DNA of 64,000 nt, taken from positions 129,334,001 to 129,398,000 of the forward strand of contig NW_024704742.1 of the NCBI RefSeq assembly GCF_018977255.1, read 5' to 3'. The stretch comes from Callorhinchus milii. Its lineage: Eukaryota. Position numbers and translations under genes: made by a program. The notes beneath the pieces are model-generated. The model did no database searches, was not told the origin of the DNA, and saw only the letters and a program-made list of their open reading frames with translations. Shown piece by piece: positions 1-10,386 of the stretch. Numbering within the stretch: the stretch's first letter is position 1; each line of letters starts with the position of its first letter.

Positions 1-630
1 TAAAACATGCATTATCCATTCCCTTCAGAATCAACCTTCTCTTCTCCAGAGTGTGTGATACACACAGATGTACATGCCCAGTTTATCTAGTCGTTCCTTG
101 TAGTCCAGCCCCTCCATTCCCTTAATCATTTTGGTTGCCCTCCTCTGTATCCTCTCAATCGTTGCAATATCCATTTTATGTTGTGGTGACCAGAACTGCA
201 CACAGTATTCCAAGTGCAGTCGCACCAGTGATTTGTAAAATAGCAGAATTACTCCACTTTTTAGGCTTAATATTGCCATTTTAACCCAGTCTGTATTTAA
301 TAGAGTAAGTTTTCCCTTACTCCCTGCTGCCGAGCACTGTTGGGATAGCTTCAATTTATTATCAATCAGGATCCTCAGTCCTTTTCATTTTCCGTACAGA
401 TTATTTTTTACCATTTAAATAACAGACCCTTCCTGGATTTTTTGTCCCCATGTGAAGCACTTTGCATTTCTCTACATTAAATTTCATCTGCGATCGATCT
501 GCCCAATTTCCAAGAAAGTTCAAGTTCTCCTGTAATCTATCCTGTTCATCTTTGCAGTCTACCACCTTTGTTAGCTTTGTGTCATCTACAAATTTAGCCA
601 CTGTGCTTATGACTCCACCTCCCAACCCCC
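1..630 (-). mobile_element. CR1 LINE ORF2 (RT C-terminal) fragment, degraded
   Basis: Peptides KFVDDTKL, MKFNVEKCKVLH, LVRLHLEYCVQFWSP and IQRRATKMIKG are typical of CR1 ORF2; frameshifted. Confidence 0.9.
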
Positions 631-839
631 TGAGCTCTTATTGCAGCTGTGTTGATGCAGCAAAAGCTGAGCAGAGAATAATTTCAAGTCACTATCTCGC
701 CAGCTATCGGCTGCCAGTTTAAATTGGTACCTTTAAATTGGCACCAATTTGGAATTGCCACACTGGAATATTTCCCAGATTTGCAATTACATCAATTGCA
801 CAAGAGCCGTTCCACACACCGCACAAAAAAAATTAAAAC

Positions 840-1120
840 TTCATCAACCTCCCTCCACTCTGCAAGTACTGTCTGGCCTGCTCCACATCCCCTGCCCTGC
901 CTGCTCCACTATAGACGGTTGAGCCTTCAGCCTTTCTGCCCCTATCCTCTGGAACTCCATTGCTTTCTTCAAGGCCCACCTCAAGATCTTTTTTTTCAAC
1001 TGTGTCTTGGTCATTTTACCTCCACCATCCCTCTCAGACCCCAACCAGCAGCTCGAAGGCAAACGCCTTGGGACATCCTCCTGAAGTGAAAGGCTCTATA
1101 CAACTGCAATGTGCTGTTGC
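840..1120 (+). mobile_element. L2 LINE 3' fragment
   Basis: gccttcagcctttctgcccctatcctctggaactcc...gccttgggacatcctcctgaagtgaaagg; same 3' end as the other L2 copies. Confidence 0.8.
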
Positions 1121-1271
1121 ATAAACTATGCAAAAACTGTTTCCTCACTTTTAAAGAAAAGCTTTGTATTTCTGATTTCTCGTGAGTAGAGAGACAGCGG
1201 AATAGATTTAGTTCATTTAAATTGAAGAAATGTGCTAGTAAAGATTAAAAATGATCTCTTACTCAACTCAC

Positions 1272-1325
1272 CAATATCCACAAGTATTACTGTTGATCCG
1301 CAGCAATGCCAGTAAACAGACTATC
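1272..1325 (-). other. Candidate 54-nt exon of the divergent transcript
   Basis: Minus strand ggcttttacag|GATAGTCTG...GATATTG|gtgagt. Confidence 0.45.
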
Positions 1326-1784
1326 CTGTAAAAGCCATATTCATATTAGTAGCGACATTGGGCGATCAATACTCTCCTATTGGCTGTTTTTCTTCAGCAC
1401 CAGATTAAATAGCAGATGCAGCAGATGCCAATAGCTACTGAAACTGTCCCATAGGGACTTTATTATGGTACGCAGGCAACAAATTATCCTACAAAAGTGA
1501 TGGTTAATGGCTCGAAATCGTCAGTGAGACTGAAGTTATTTGCTCTGCGGTAATTCTTTACGAGTACAGGGATATTTTATTGTATAAGGAATCACCCCCG
1601 GGATGAAAGAAATATAAAAGGAAACATTTGGCTCTCCACAGGGCACAGAATTTCAATCTTCTTCAAAATATTTCATTAATAAATAATGTGTGTGTTAGAC
1701 TAGGGTCTCCCTCTTAAAACACAGTGTCCTCTGAGATGTCTGGAGTGGTCATATGAAATGCACATCCTGTGATAGAAAGGATAG

Positions 1785-2090
1785 GTGTCAGCCCCAGATG
1801 AGTTGGTAGCACTCTCGCTTCTAAGTCAGACGCTTGTGGGATTGATTTCAAGACTTTGAGCCCATAGCCGAGGCTGACACTGTAACACTGCATTGTCAAA
1901 GGTGATGACCTTCAGATGGAAGGTTAAACTGAGATCTGATCTGCCAGTTCAGGTAGTCATTAAAATCCCAGAGCGCTAACTAAAAAGAGAAGACTTTCTT
2001 CCAGTTTCCTGCTCAGCAATCTCCCAGTTAACATTTACCCTTTACTTCACGGCTATTTATGACACAAAGTGCAAAGATTATTATTTTTGT
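1785..2090 (+). mobile_element. Old DeuSINE-like (SacSINE/AmnSINE-type) fragment
   Basis: Head gtcagcc...gttggtagcactctcgcttctaagtcag and core ggctgacact...cttcagatgg...ttaaa...attaaaatccc. Related decayed pieces at ~13540, ~22030, ~47660, ~53400(-) and ~60150(-). Confidence 0.55.
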
Positions 2091-3903
2091 GTGAAATTGG
2101 CTGCTTCTTTTTTCTACAAAATAGTTTTGTAGAAAAAAAAGTTACTAAACATTACAGAAACCTCTGCAAGGTATGTTTCAGTATGATTAGGTGTTACATC
2201 AAATACAAGAATGTGCTATAATAATTGATAAATTATGCTACCGTTCAAATTTTCAGGATTTGTTTTATTGATGCTGGATTAAATATTATTTAAAAATGAC
2301 TTGTTTTTTTCTTCCATATATTCCTTTGTTCTGACTTCATTGGAATTGTATTTTAGTAATCTTTACATTTAATACAGCTGATAGACCATCGAGAATATAT
2401 GAAAGCGCTTCACAAAGTTTCCATAAATATTAGTTGGATAACAGTTATTCTGCATAACCATTCCCGCAGGAGATAATGACAAATGTTGTGCATCTATAAC
2501 TTTTGTTTATATTGGAAATCAGAGTGTAGAATGGACGAGGCACTGGATAAATCTTTAGGTAGAAATTCCACCTGGATCTAACTTGTCCATGAACAATCCT
2601 TGTATTTATTATGTATATATTATAATTCAGTCAATCCACTTTACAGTACATCCTGCTGTGAGATTTCTCGATGATATGCACTATACCAAATGCAAGGATT
2701 ATTATTATTATTTTCATGTTGAAATGTGCTTCTCAGAGGTTTCTGCAAAGTGTATTTCTAGGTAAAAGCGTCAGCCAATTTGCACAGAGCAATGTGCTCC
2801 GAAAGTAACATTTCTGACTGTTCAGAATTTATTTTCAGTTTTTTTGAGTCTTTTTTAAGAACTGCAGAAAACCGGGTTCAAAGTTACAACTGAATTCAAC
2901 AATTTGCCACATTCTGCAAACTCTGAAATGCCTTGTTAATAGAGTAAATCTAGACCTGGAATTCTACCCCACTTAGTGTTCAAAGAAAACCAAAACATAC
3001 TGAATCTATTATGCTGGACCATTCCAACAGCTTTTGTTTTTAAACTCTCTTTCTACTGTTTAGGATGGAATAATCAGGAAACTAATCTTATCAAACAAGA
3101 TGGATAATTTAAGTAGATTGTGGCCCAGACATTACACTATAACCTTTGAACTTGAAATCACAAAGTTATCACTTTAATCACTTTGCAACCAATAATTCCT
3201 TATTGACTTTCTTTTTAAGCAACTTATATTTCTCAAAGCCTTTGCAGTTTATTTGGGATGGCGGGGGTGGGAGGGAGAAGAGTCTAAGTTTCAATATAAT
3301 ATAAAATACAGTCACGCTACTTAACAGTAAGCCTGTGGGGTGCTTTGAAACACCTCAGCATTGTGATAAGGAGCTGTATCAAACGCATTATTTTATTATT
3401 ATTTTATCAAACAGCCATTCTTGTAAGGACAAGAATTAATTTCCACAAAGTCAAAACTTTTAAGGCGAGCAGAAGTAAAACAAAATGTTTGCAATACATA
3501 AAACAATGAGCAGTGCTGCTCTGTGTACAGCACTTTACTGTCCAGCAAACATGCACAGTGATGAGGGGTTATTTTGCAAGGACTAATGAAGGGTTTAGAG
3601 AAACAAGAACTGGAGTGGATTAGATTAGGTGGCTCATGTGGAGAAAAGCACCAGTGTGGGTTTAATGGGCAGAAAGCTTCCTTTCTGTGCTAATGTACAA
3701 CACTCAGTGAATAAATAACAAAACTGTAAAATTATGTTGGTGCCTAGAGTTCTCAAACTACCATCATTAGTAAGAAAAGATGATGCTTCAAACATCATCT
3801 TTTAGTTTGTGTCTTTTTATTTAGGGAATTTGGCATCCCAAGATAAGTCTAACCTTGCAAAAGAAAGCAGGCCCTTTATTGGGGGACATACGGTAAGTAC
3901 AAC

Positions 3904-4227
3904 ATAATAATAATAATAATCCTTGCATTTGATATAGCGCTTTTCACGTCGGGAGGACGTCCCAAAGCGGTTCACAGAACACACTGTAAAGTGAATTGAC
4001 TGTATATTTGTGGGCGAACGCGGCAGCCAATTGCGCACAGCAATGTCCCACAAATAGTCGTAGATTGAAAATGACCAATTTATTTATTGTTTTTGGTTTT
4101 GGAGGGATTATTATTAGGCTCTGTGTGGAGTAAGGAAACTTGCCCAAGGTTTCGCCCTCTGCCTGGAATTGAGCTGAGGTCTCTCGCTTGCAAAGCGAGT
4201 GCTCTAACCACTGAGCTACAGGACTCC
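3904..4227 (-). mobile_element. Young tRNA-derived Deu-domain SINE, full length
   Basis: Reverse complement of GGAGTCCTGTAGCTCAGTGGTTAGAGCACTCGCTTTGCAAG head, tgtgcgcaattggctgccgcg core and (ATT)n tail. Confidence 0.92.
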
Positions 4228-4950
4228 ACGTTGACCATCTAGTTCTGCATTTTAAGTACCACAGATTAACCTGTTGTGTTCAGAGCGATAATGTCATTTG
4301 TTTTTCCGCCTCGTATATCTTTATATGTTTTATGTTTTATACCCCAACTCGGGTCTGAAATGCTGTACTCTGTCCAGCGCCTTGGGACATCCTCCTAACG
4401 TGAAAGGCGCTATACAAATGTAATCTTGTTGTTGTTGTAGCCTCTAGGTAGTAGGTAGTAAGGCTCGACGTGGCTTCAAAAATAAATATTATTTTGTTTA
4501 TAATGTGTAAGAAAAAGAAAAAGTTTTAGGACAGGGATAAAAATTGCAATGAGTGATGTTTGATTAATATATTGATATATTTACATCTTTACCTAGAGAC
4601 AACACTACAACAACACTACACTTCACAGTAAAATTTTGTGAAGCCCTCTGAGACAACCCGGCAAAGTGATAAGGCACTTCATCAAATGTAAGAATTATTA
4701 TTGATGGTGTTAGTTAGGTCAGTATTCATACATCCCAGAGGGACTCAATTTCCACCCGATTTCAATATTTTCGTGACTAATCAAACCTTTATTACCTTCT
4801 CAAAGTTCTTTTGTAACTAACCTACCACTTGAATGCCTTTAGGCATTCTGCCTCCTACCCCACCAAAATTACAAATTGCATTTATTTATTTAAAAAATTT
4901 TTATGCTTCCATTCCATCTCTGTCAAGTGCTTTGGGATATTTAGCTACAT

Positions 4951-5268
4951 GGAGTCCTGTAGCTTAGTGGTTAGAGCACTCACCTTGCAAGCGAGACACC
5001 TGGGTTCAATTCCAAGCAGGGCGAAACCTTGGGCAAGTTTCCTTACTCCACACGCCTAATAATAATCCCTCCAAAACAAAACAATAATAAATTGGTCATT
5101 TCAATCCACGACTGTTTGTGGGATACTGCTGTGCACAATTGGCTGCCATGTTTCGCCCACAAATATACGGTCAATTCACTTTACAGTCTATTCTGTGAAG
5201 CGCTTTGAGACGTCGAGAAGACGTGAAAAGCGCTATATCAAATACAAGGATTATTATTATTATTATTA
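4951..5268 (+). mobile_element. Young Deu-domain SINE inserted into an L2 3' tail
   Basis: Full head, core and (ATT)n tail; flanking repeat TACATG; the host L2 tail resumes as tgaaaggccc...ttgttgttgtt. Confidence 0.92.
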
Positions 5269-5624
5269 CATGAAAGGCCCTATCCAAGTGGAACTTGTTG
5301 TTGTTAAACATGTTTTAAACTTAGTTTTGGGGGTAAGACCAATTTTCATGATTTTCAGCCAATCTAACCAGTTGACACATTTTTACACATCAAAAGTGGG
5401 AAGATGGTTTCTGAACAGGAAAACTCACCAGCCGTCCATTGAGGAATAGTGCCCCAAACCATCAGCCATTCTAAGTGTTACAATATTTGTGAAAAATAAT
5501 CTGGGGAAATAGTTTATGCCATAGAATGTGTAGAGGTGAACAAGGCAAACTTTTCTCCTTGCTGCCCTTACCAGGGAAACTCCTCACTAAAACAAGGCTC
5601 ATATTCCAGGATTGGATTACTTAC

Positions 5625-5766
5625 CTTTTTAAATGTTCAGTTTAACAGATCCAAGTCAGCATGGTGTTTTTAGCCCTCAACATTCATTCAATCAGACAGC
5701 TTTATGCCATTTCCACCGGTGGCACGATTTCTCCTCATGTTTGCTGACACATTGGATGCCAAATTT
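5625..5766 (-). other. Candidate non-coding exon of the divergent transcript
   Basis: Minus strand tttcctgtcag|142 nt|AAG gtaagt; non-repetitive; six ATGs, all closed within the exon. Confidence 0.45.
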
Positions 5767-6912
5767 CTGACAGGAAATTGAGTTATAAAACTTTCCCACC
5801 AAAACGAATACCCTCATTGAATTTCATGGCTAAGGTGCTAAAACCTACAAACTCAATAAATGTCAATTATGTTTAGATATATGTATTTCTTTTGTCAATT
5901 TATATTACACCATGACATTTTGCTGGCTCGCCATTGATTTTTCTGGTGGGATAATTTTGGGGGGAATGGTTGTTTTTTAATACAAGGAGGGTCAAGGAGG
6001 TTTGATAGTGATACAGAATCGTCGCCGAAGTAATAAGTCTGAGTTGGCATGTCTACTGAGAACCCGAACAGGGTCTAACTGCCCCCAGAGTGATCCCAAA
6101 AAGTAATAGGATCTCCTTTGGCGGGCAGTGTGAATGAGCCACCTATAGTTAGAAAGGTATAGCTGCCAACCCTTGGCACATCACTCGGGATGAGAGTTTT
6201 ATGAGCACAAAGAGTGAAATGGATTGCAGGTTATTGAAATATATAGAGAATATGTTTATTTTGAAAGAGAGGGATATAGTGAAACAGGTTACATTTCCCA
6301 GCCAAAAAGTGTGAGACTTGGCACTCCTGAGAAAGGGAAGAAGGCATGGGAGAAAGGAGCCCTGTTTTTATCTGCTGACCCAATGTGTGTCCCCAGCTCC
6401 ACTATTTGTTCAGTGTTTCCAGTTATTTAACATCAACACCACATCAAATAGTACCAGACCTGTTGAGAATCTGTAATTTTCAGTGAGACCCAATGATTTT
6501 GTAGCTTTTGTTTCAAACTTTTCGACTTGAGTGGACTGTGATCGTTCACTTTGCTTTTCTCAAAATCTCACTTTTGGTTCAGGGATGAACTTAGCAAGAT
6601 TGTTGATTTAATTTTACTGAAATGTTACTGTATTAACTAGAGAAATGGAAAGCACACACTGTATGGTCCAGTATTAGTTTGAGGTTTCATAAAACAAAAT
6701 CACAACATTATTTCCCCTTGAGAGTCTTGGCCCACCTCCAACCTGCAAATACATTTCGACTACACAATATATACTTGTACCTGGTCATTTTATCAGGTTT
6801 ATAAACTGAGAAATCAATTTTAATGGGAGAATGGTAGGTTTGATATTAAATTGGTAGAACTATGCCAGCCTGGTTCAGTTGGTAGCACTCCTACCTGTAA
6901 GGGTTGTAGGTT

Positions 6913-7172
6913 GGAGTCCTGTAGCTCAGTGGTTAGAGCACTCGCGTTGCAAGCGAGAGACCAGAGTTCAATTCCAGGCAGGGCGAAACCTTGGGCAAGT
7001 TTCCTTACTCCACACGCCTAATAATAATCCCTCCAAAACCAAAAATAAATTGGTCATTTTCAATCCACGACAGTTTATGGGACATTGCTGTGCGCAATTG
7101 GCTGCCACGTTCGCCCACAAATATAGTCAATTCACTTTACAGTGTGTTCTGTGAAGCGCTTTGGGACATCCT
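6913..7172 (+). mobile_element. Young Deu-domain SINE, 3' end missing
   Basis: Head and core as in other copies; directly follows an older SINE head at 6863-6912. Confidence 0.9.
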
Positions 7173-7371
7173 CAAAGCAGACATCCAAAACTTAGCACTG
7201 TATTTTAAGCATGTGCCATTCACCAAGACTGAAGAATGTTACAAATCTGAACTTCCTAGGACTTCAGCCTGTGCCAGTGTTTGGATAAATATTAAAGTAC
7301 TACTATAGTAGAATGCTATGAAACTAACTTCTGTTGTAAATTTATAATTGATAGCATATCATAGTGTACAT

Positions 7372-7665
7372 ACAAACCCTCATGCATGCCTTTGTCACCT
7401 CTCGTCTGGATTACTCAAACGCACTCGTCACCCGTCTCCCCAGCTCCACTATTCAAAAGATCCAGCTCATTGAGAACTCTGCCGCCCGCATACTGACCCG
7501 GACCAAACTCCGTACTCACATCTCACCACCGGATCGACTTCAAGATCCTCACTTGTGTTCAAATCCTTTCACTCTCTGGCATCTCTCTACCTTTCCGACC
7601 TCCTCACTCCTCAATCCACCACCTGACACCTCCGCTCGACTGGCACCGGCCTCCTGCTCGTCCCT
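7372..7665 (+). mobile_element. Older L2 ORF2 C-terminal fragment
   Basis: HAFVTSRLDYSNALV...IQLIENSAARILTRT. Confidence 0.85.
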
Positions 7666-7718
7666 GCAAGGATTATTATTATATCCTCACATGGCCTCTT
7701 TGGGGGGGGGGGGGGGGG

Positions 7719-7967
7719 GTGTCTGACACGTGTGGAAACCCATCATCATCAATCATGCTTAAGAGCTTCCAATCCAAACTGAGAAGTCCATGTGTCCCAC
7801 CTGCACATGGGAATCCCAGAGACAGATTGTCTGAGTGGGATGCGCACTCTCTCCCCGGAGCGACGCTTCCCGCTTACCTAATTCCAGAAAATATTGGGCG
7901 CAGTTTGGCAAGAGGCAAGGTTTTGGGGGACCCGAGTGCGCGTTGGGGGGGTGGGGGGGTGGTACTG
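7719..7967. repeat. Unclassified interspersed repeat, copy 1 (split by an L2; resumes 8879-8907)
   Basis: Aligns by eye along its length to 63383-63628. Confidence 0.75.
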
Positions 7968-8880
7968 GGGTCAGGCGCTGACAGCATCAGCATCCAAGGC
8001 TGCACTCTCCACCTCTCAAAGCCAGTCAGGAACCTCGGTGTTTTGTTCGACCCTGAGCTGTCCTTTCTCCCTCATATCTGCGCCACAACTGGCACCGCCT
8101 TCCATTACCTCCGGAATATCGCCAGACTATGGCACTACCTCACCCCTCACGCTGCTGAAACTCTGGTCCACGCCTTTATCACCTCAAGGCTGGACTATGG
8201 GAACTCTCTCCTCGTCGGCCTTCCCGGCACCTCCCTCCACACTGCAGGTCATTCAGAACTCTGCAGCTCGTGTACTGTCCCGCACCAGGCTTCACGACCA
8301 CATCACTCCCACCCTCGCTCGCCTCCACTGGCTCCCCATCCCCCAGAGGATCGAATTCAAGATCCTCATCCTCACCTACAAGGCCATTCACGGCCTTGCT
8401 CCCTCCTACCTCTCCAACCTACTATCCCCTACCTACCTGCCCATACCCTCCGTTCCTCTGGCTCCGGTCTGCTCCACATCCCCCGCCCCAACCGCCCTAC
8501 CATCGGTGGCCGGGCCTTCAGCCTCTCAGCCCCGAGGCTCTGGAACTCCATCCCCCAGTGCCTTCGCCACCTCCTCCCTTTCCTCCTTCAAGGCCGGTCT
8601 CAAGACCTTTCTCTTTGACCGAGCCTTCAGCTCCCCTCTTGACTCTCTACCCCATCCTCGCTCCCTCCCTTCCCTCCCCTCACCCTGACCATTTCCCCCC
8701 TCCTCTCTCCCTCCCTTCCCTCCCCTCCCCTGACCATTTCCCCCTCCTCGCTCCCTCCCTTCCCTCCCCTCCCCCTGACCATTTCCCCCCAATGCTCGGG
8801 TCCCAACCCAACTGTCCAGCGCCTTGGGACGTCCTCCCGACGTGAAAGGCGCTCTATAAATGGAATCTTGTTGTTGTTGT
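7968..8880 (+). mobile_element. Young 5'-truncated L2 LINE with TSD GTACTG
   Basis: VRNLGVLFDPELSF...HAFITSRLDYGNSLL...LHWLPIPQRIEFK; (TTG)n tail; GTACTG at 7962-7967 and 8879-8884. Confidence 0.93.
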
Positions 8881-9475
8881 ACTGCTGGAGTCTGACCGGC
8901 TAAGACTTGCCATTGAGACAGAAACAGAAGTGGCTGGGGACGGCCGGCAGGTCAGGAGGCAGCGTCCGCGGAGAAGGGAGAGTGAGGCAAACGTTTCGGG
9001 TCCCACGACCCTCGGTCAGAACTTCGCCTGAAAGGCCGTCCGCCGCCCAGCGCCCCGGGACGTCCTCCCGACCTGAACAGCGCTATATACGTATACGCGG
9101 GTAATCTTGTTGTTGTTGCGGAGACCCTCCCGGGCGGCCCGGCTCGATCCCGACATTGCGCTGCCAGACACGTCGCCACCGACCACCGCACGACCGGAGT
9201 TTTGCCGGTAATTGAAACACCGTTTAGTAGCCCAAACCCGAGCCCAAAAGTAGCCCAATATGACGCGTCGCCTCCTGCTGGGTCGCGGCAGAGCGACTGG
9301 TTTAGTTCAGTGCTTTTGAAACTCTGTAAGAGAAGGAAGGGGGGGAAGGGAGGGGGCGAGAGAGAGTTTAATCAGGTTAAAGTTTATGAAACAAATAAAA
9401 ATGAGAAAACACGCCCAAAGCCACGTTTTCACGCACCAGCCAAAAAAAACCGCCCAATCTGGCCACATTGCTCAC

Positions 9476-9580
9476 CGGCCGCGGCCGCCGCTGGTATTTC
9501 GACACAAACGATAAAATTCAAACGCCAACTGCCCCGGCGACTACGGCGGCCGTGCGGGTAGCGAGAGCCGCGCGCCCGCT
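9476..9580 (-). other. Probable first exon of a divergent minus-strand transcript (start approximate)
   Basis: Minus-strand donor CCG|gtgagc (forward gctcac 9470-9475) inside the island, just downstream of the E-box/CRE cluster. Confidence 0.5.
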
Positions 9581-10259
9581 AATTCACGTGGTAGCTGGGC
9601 GGGCGCAATGACGTCACGCGAGGCGCGGGGAGAGCCTGCTGAGCTCGGTGAGCGTCAAGGGGCGGGGCCGGGGCGCACTGATGTCACGTGCGGCAGGAGA
9701 TGTTGGGGAGCGAGAGACGGGGAGGAGTTAAAGCGAGCCGACATGATGTATCGGTGGCTGGCGTCACGGAGAGACGGAAGAACAGGAGGAGGAGAAGAAA
9801 ACGGAATGACGTTGCAGGGGAGCGTAAGGCAAACGGCGTGACACCGCAAGAGAGGGGGAGCAGGGGAGCAGGAGGGGGGGCGGATCAAGCCGGAGGGGGG
9901 CGGGCGGGGTGAGCTGACGTCAGAGGACGGAAGTGTGTGTGGGCGGAGCGCGATGACATCACAGAGGGCAGGAGGAAACGTGCCGTGCGGGGAAACGTGT
10001 TGCCGTCATGGTAGGGCACAGGAGGATGGGGCAGGAGGGGGGAGGGCGAGGTGCGGTGCATTGTGGTGTGATGAGCGCCTGGCAACAATCGGCACTGTGA
10101 CAACCAATGGCGGTGGGTGGGGTGGCCTGAAGCAGCTCAGGCCGGGCTCGCGAGCGGAGGGGCTGAGCCGTTCGTTGCCACAGCGACAGGGAGGGCGGGG
10201 GTGGGGGCGGGCGGGCGGGCGGGGCGGGGCTCGGAGGGGGAGGTGGCGGCAGCAGAAGG

Positions 10260-10386
10260 CCCGCTGGCGGGGCGGGGTGGTTGGTAGGGACTGGCTGCTC
10301 TCGCGGTGTGTGCCTATATGCGGCCGACAGGGTATGTGGGTGTGTCTCCTGTTCGGTAACCCTTAAGAGGATAAGCGCCGAGGAAG
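10260..10386 (+). other. Probable non-coding first exon of the HERC1-like gene (start approximate; donor after 10331 or 10386)
   Basis: Donors AGG|gtatgt (10332) and AAG|gtaggc (10387) at the downstream island edge. The first coding exon begins with an acceptor, so an upstream exon is required. Confidence 0.55.

Noticed and set aside
2108..2138. Short hairpins (14-bp arms here; 11-bp arms at 3775-3803)
   Set aside because: Short and AT-rich; compatible with chance or slippage, and bacterial terminator logic does not apply.
6020..6200. Stretch faintly reminiscent of an LF-SINE-type ancient repeat (also 52270-52480 and 16500-16700)
   Set aside because: Only short motif resemblance from memory; cannot be supported without a Dfam search.
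7719..8845. Overlapping 299, 264 and 191-aa ORFs
   Set aside because: Frameshifted L2 ORF2 remnants fused to flanking repeat sequence; not host genes.
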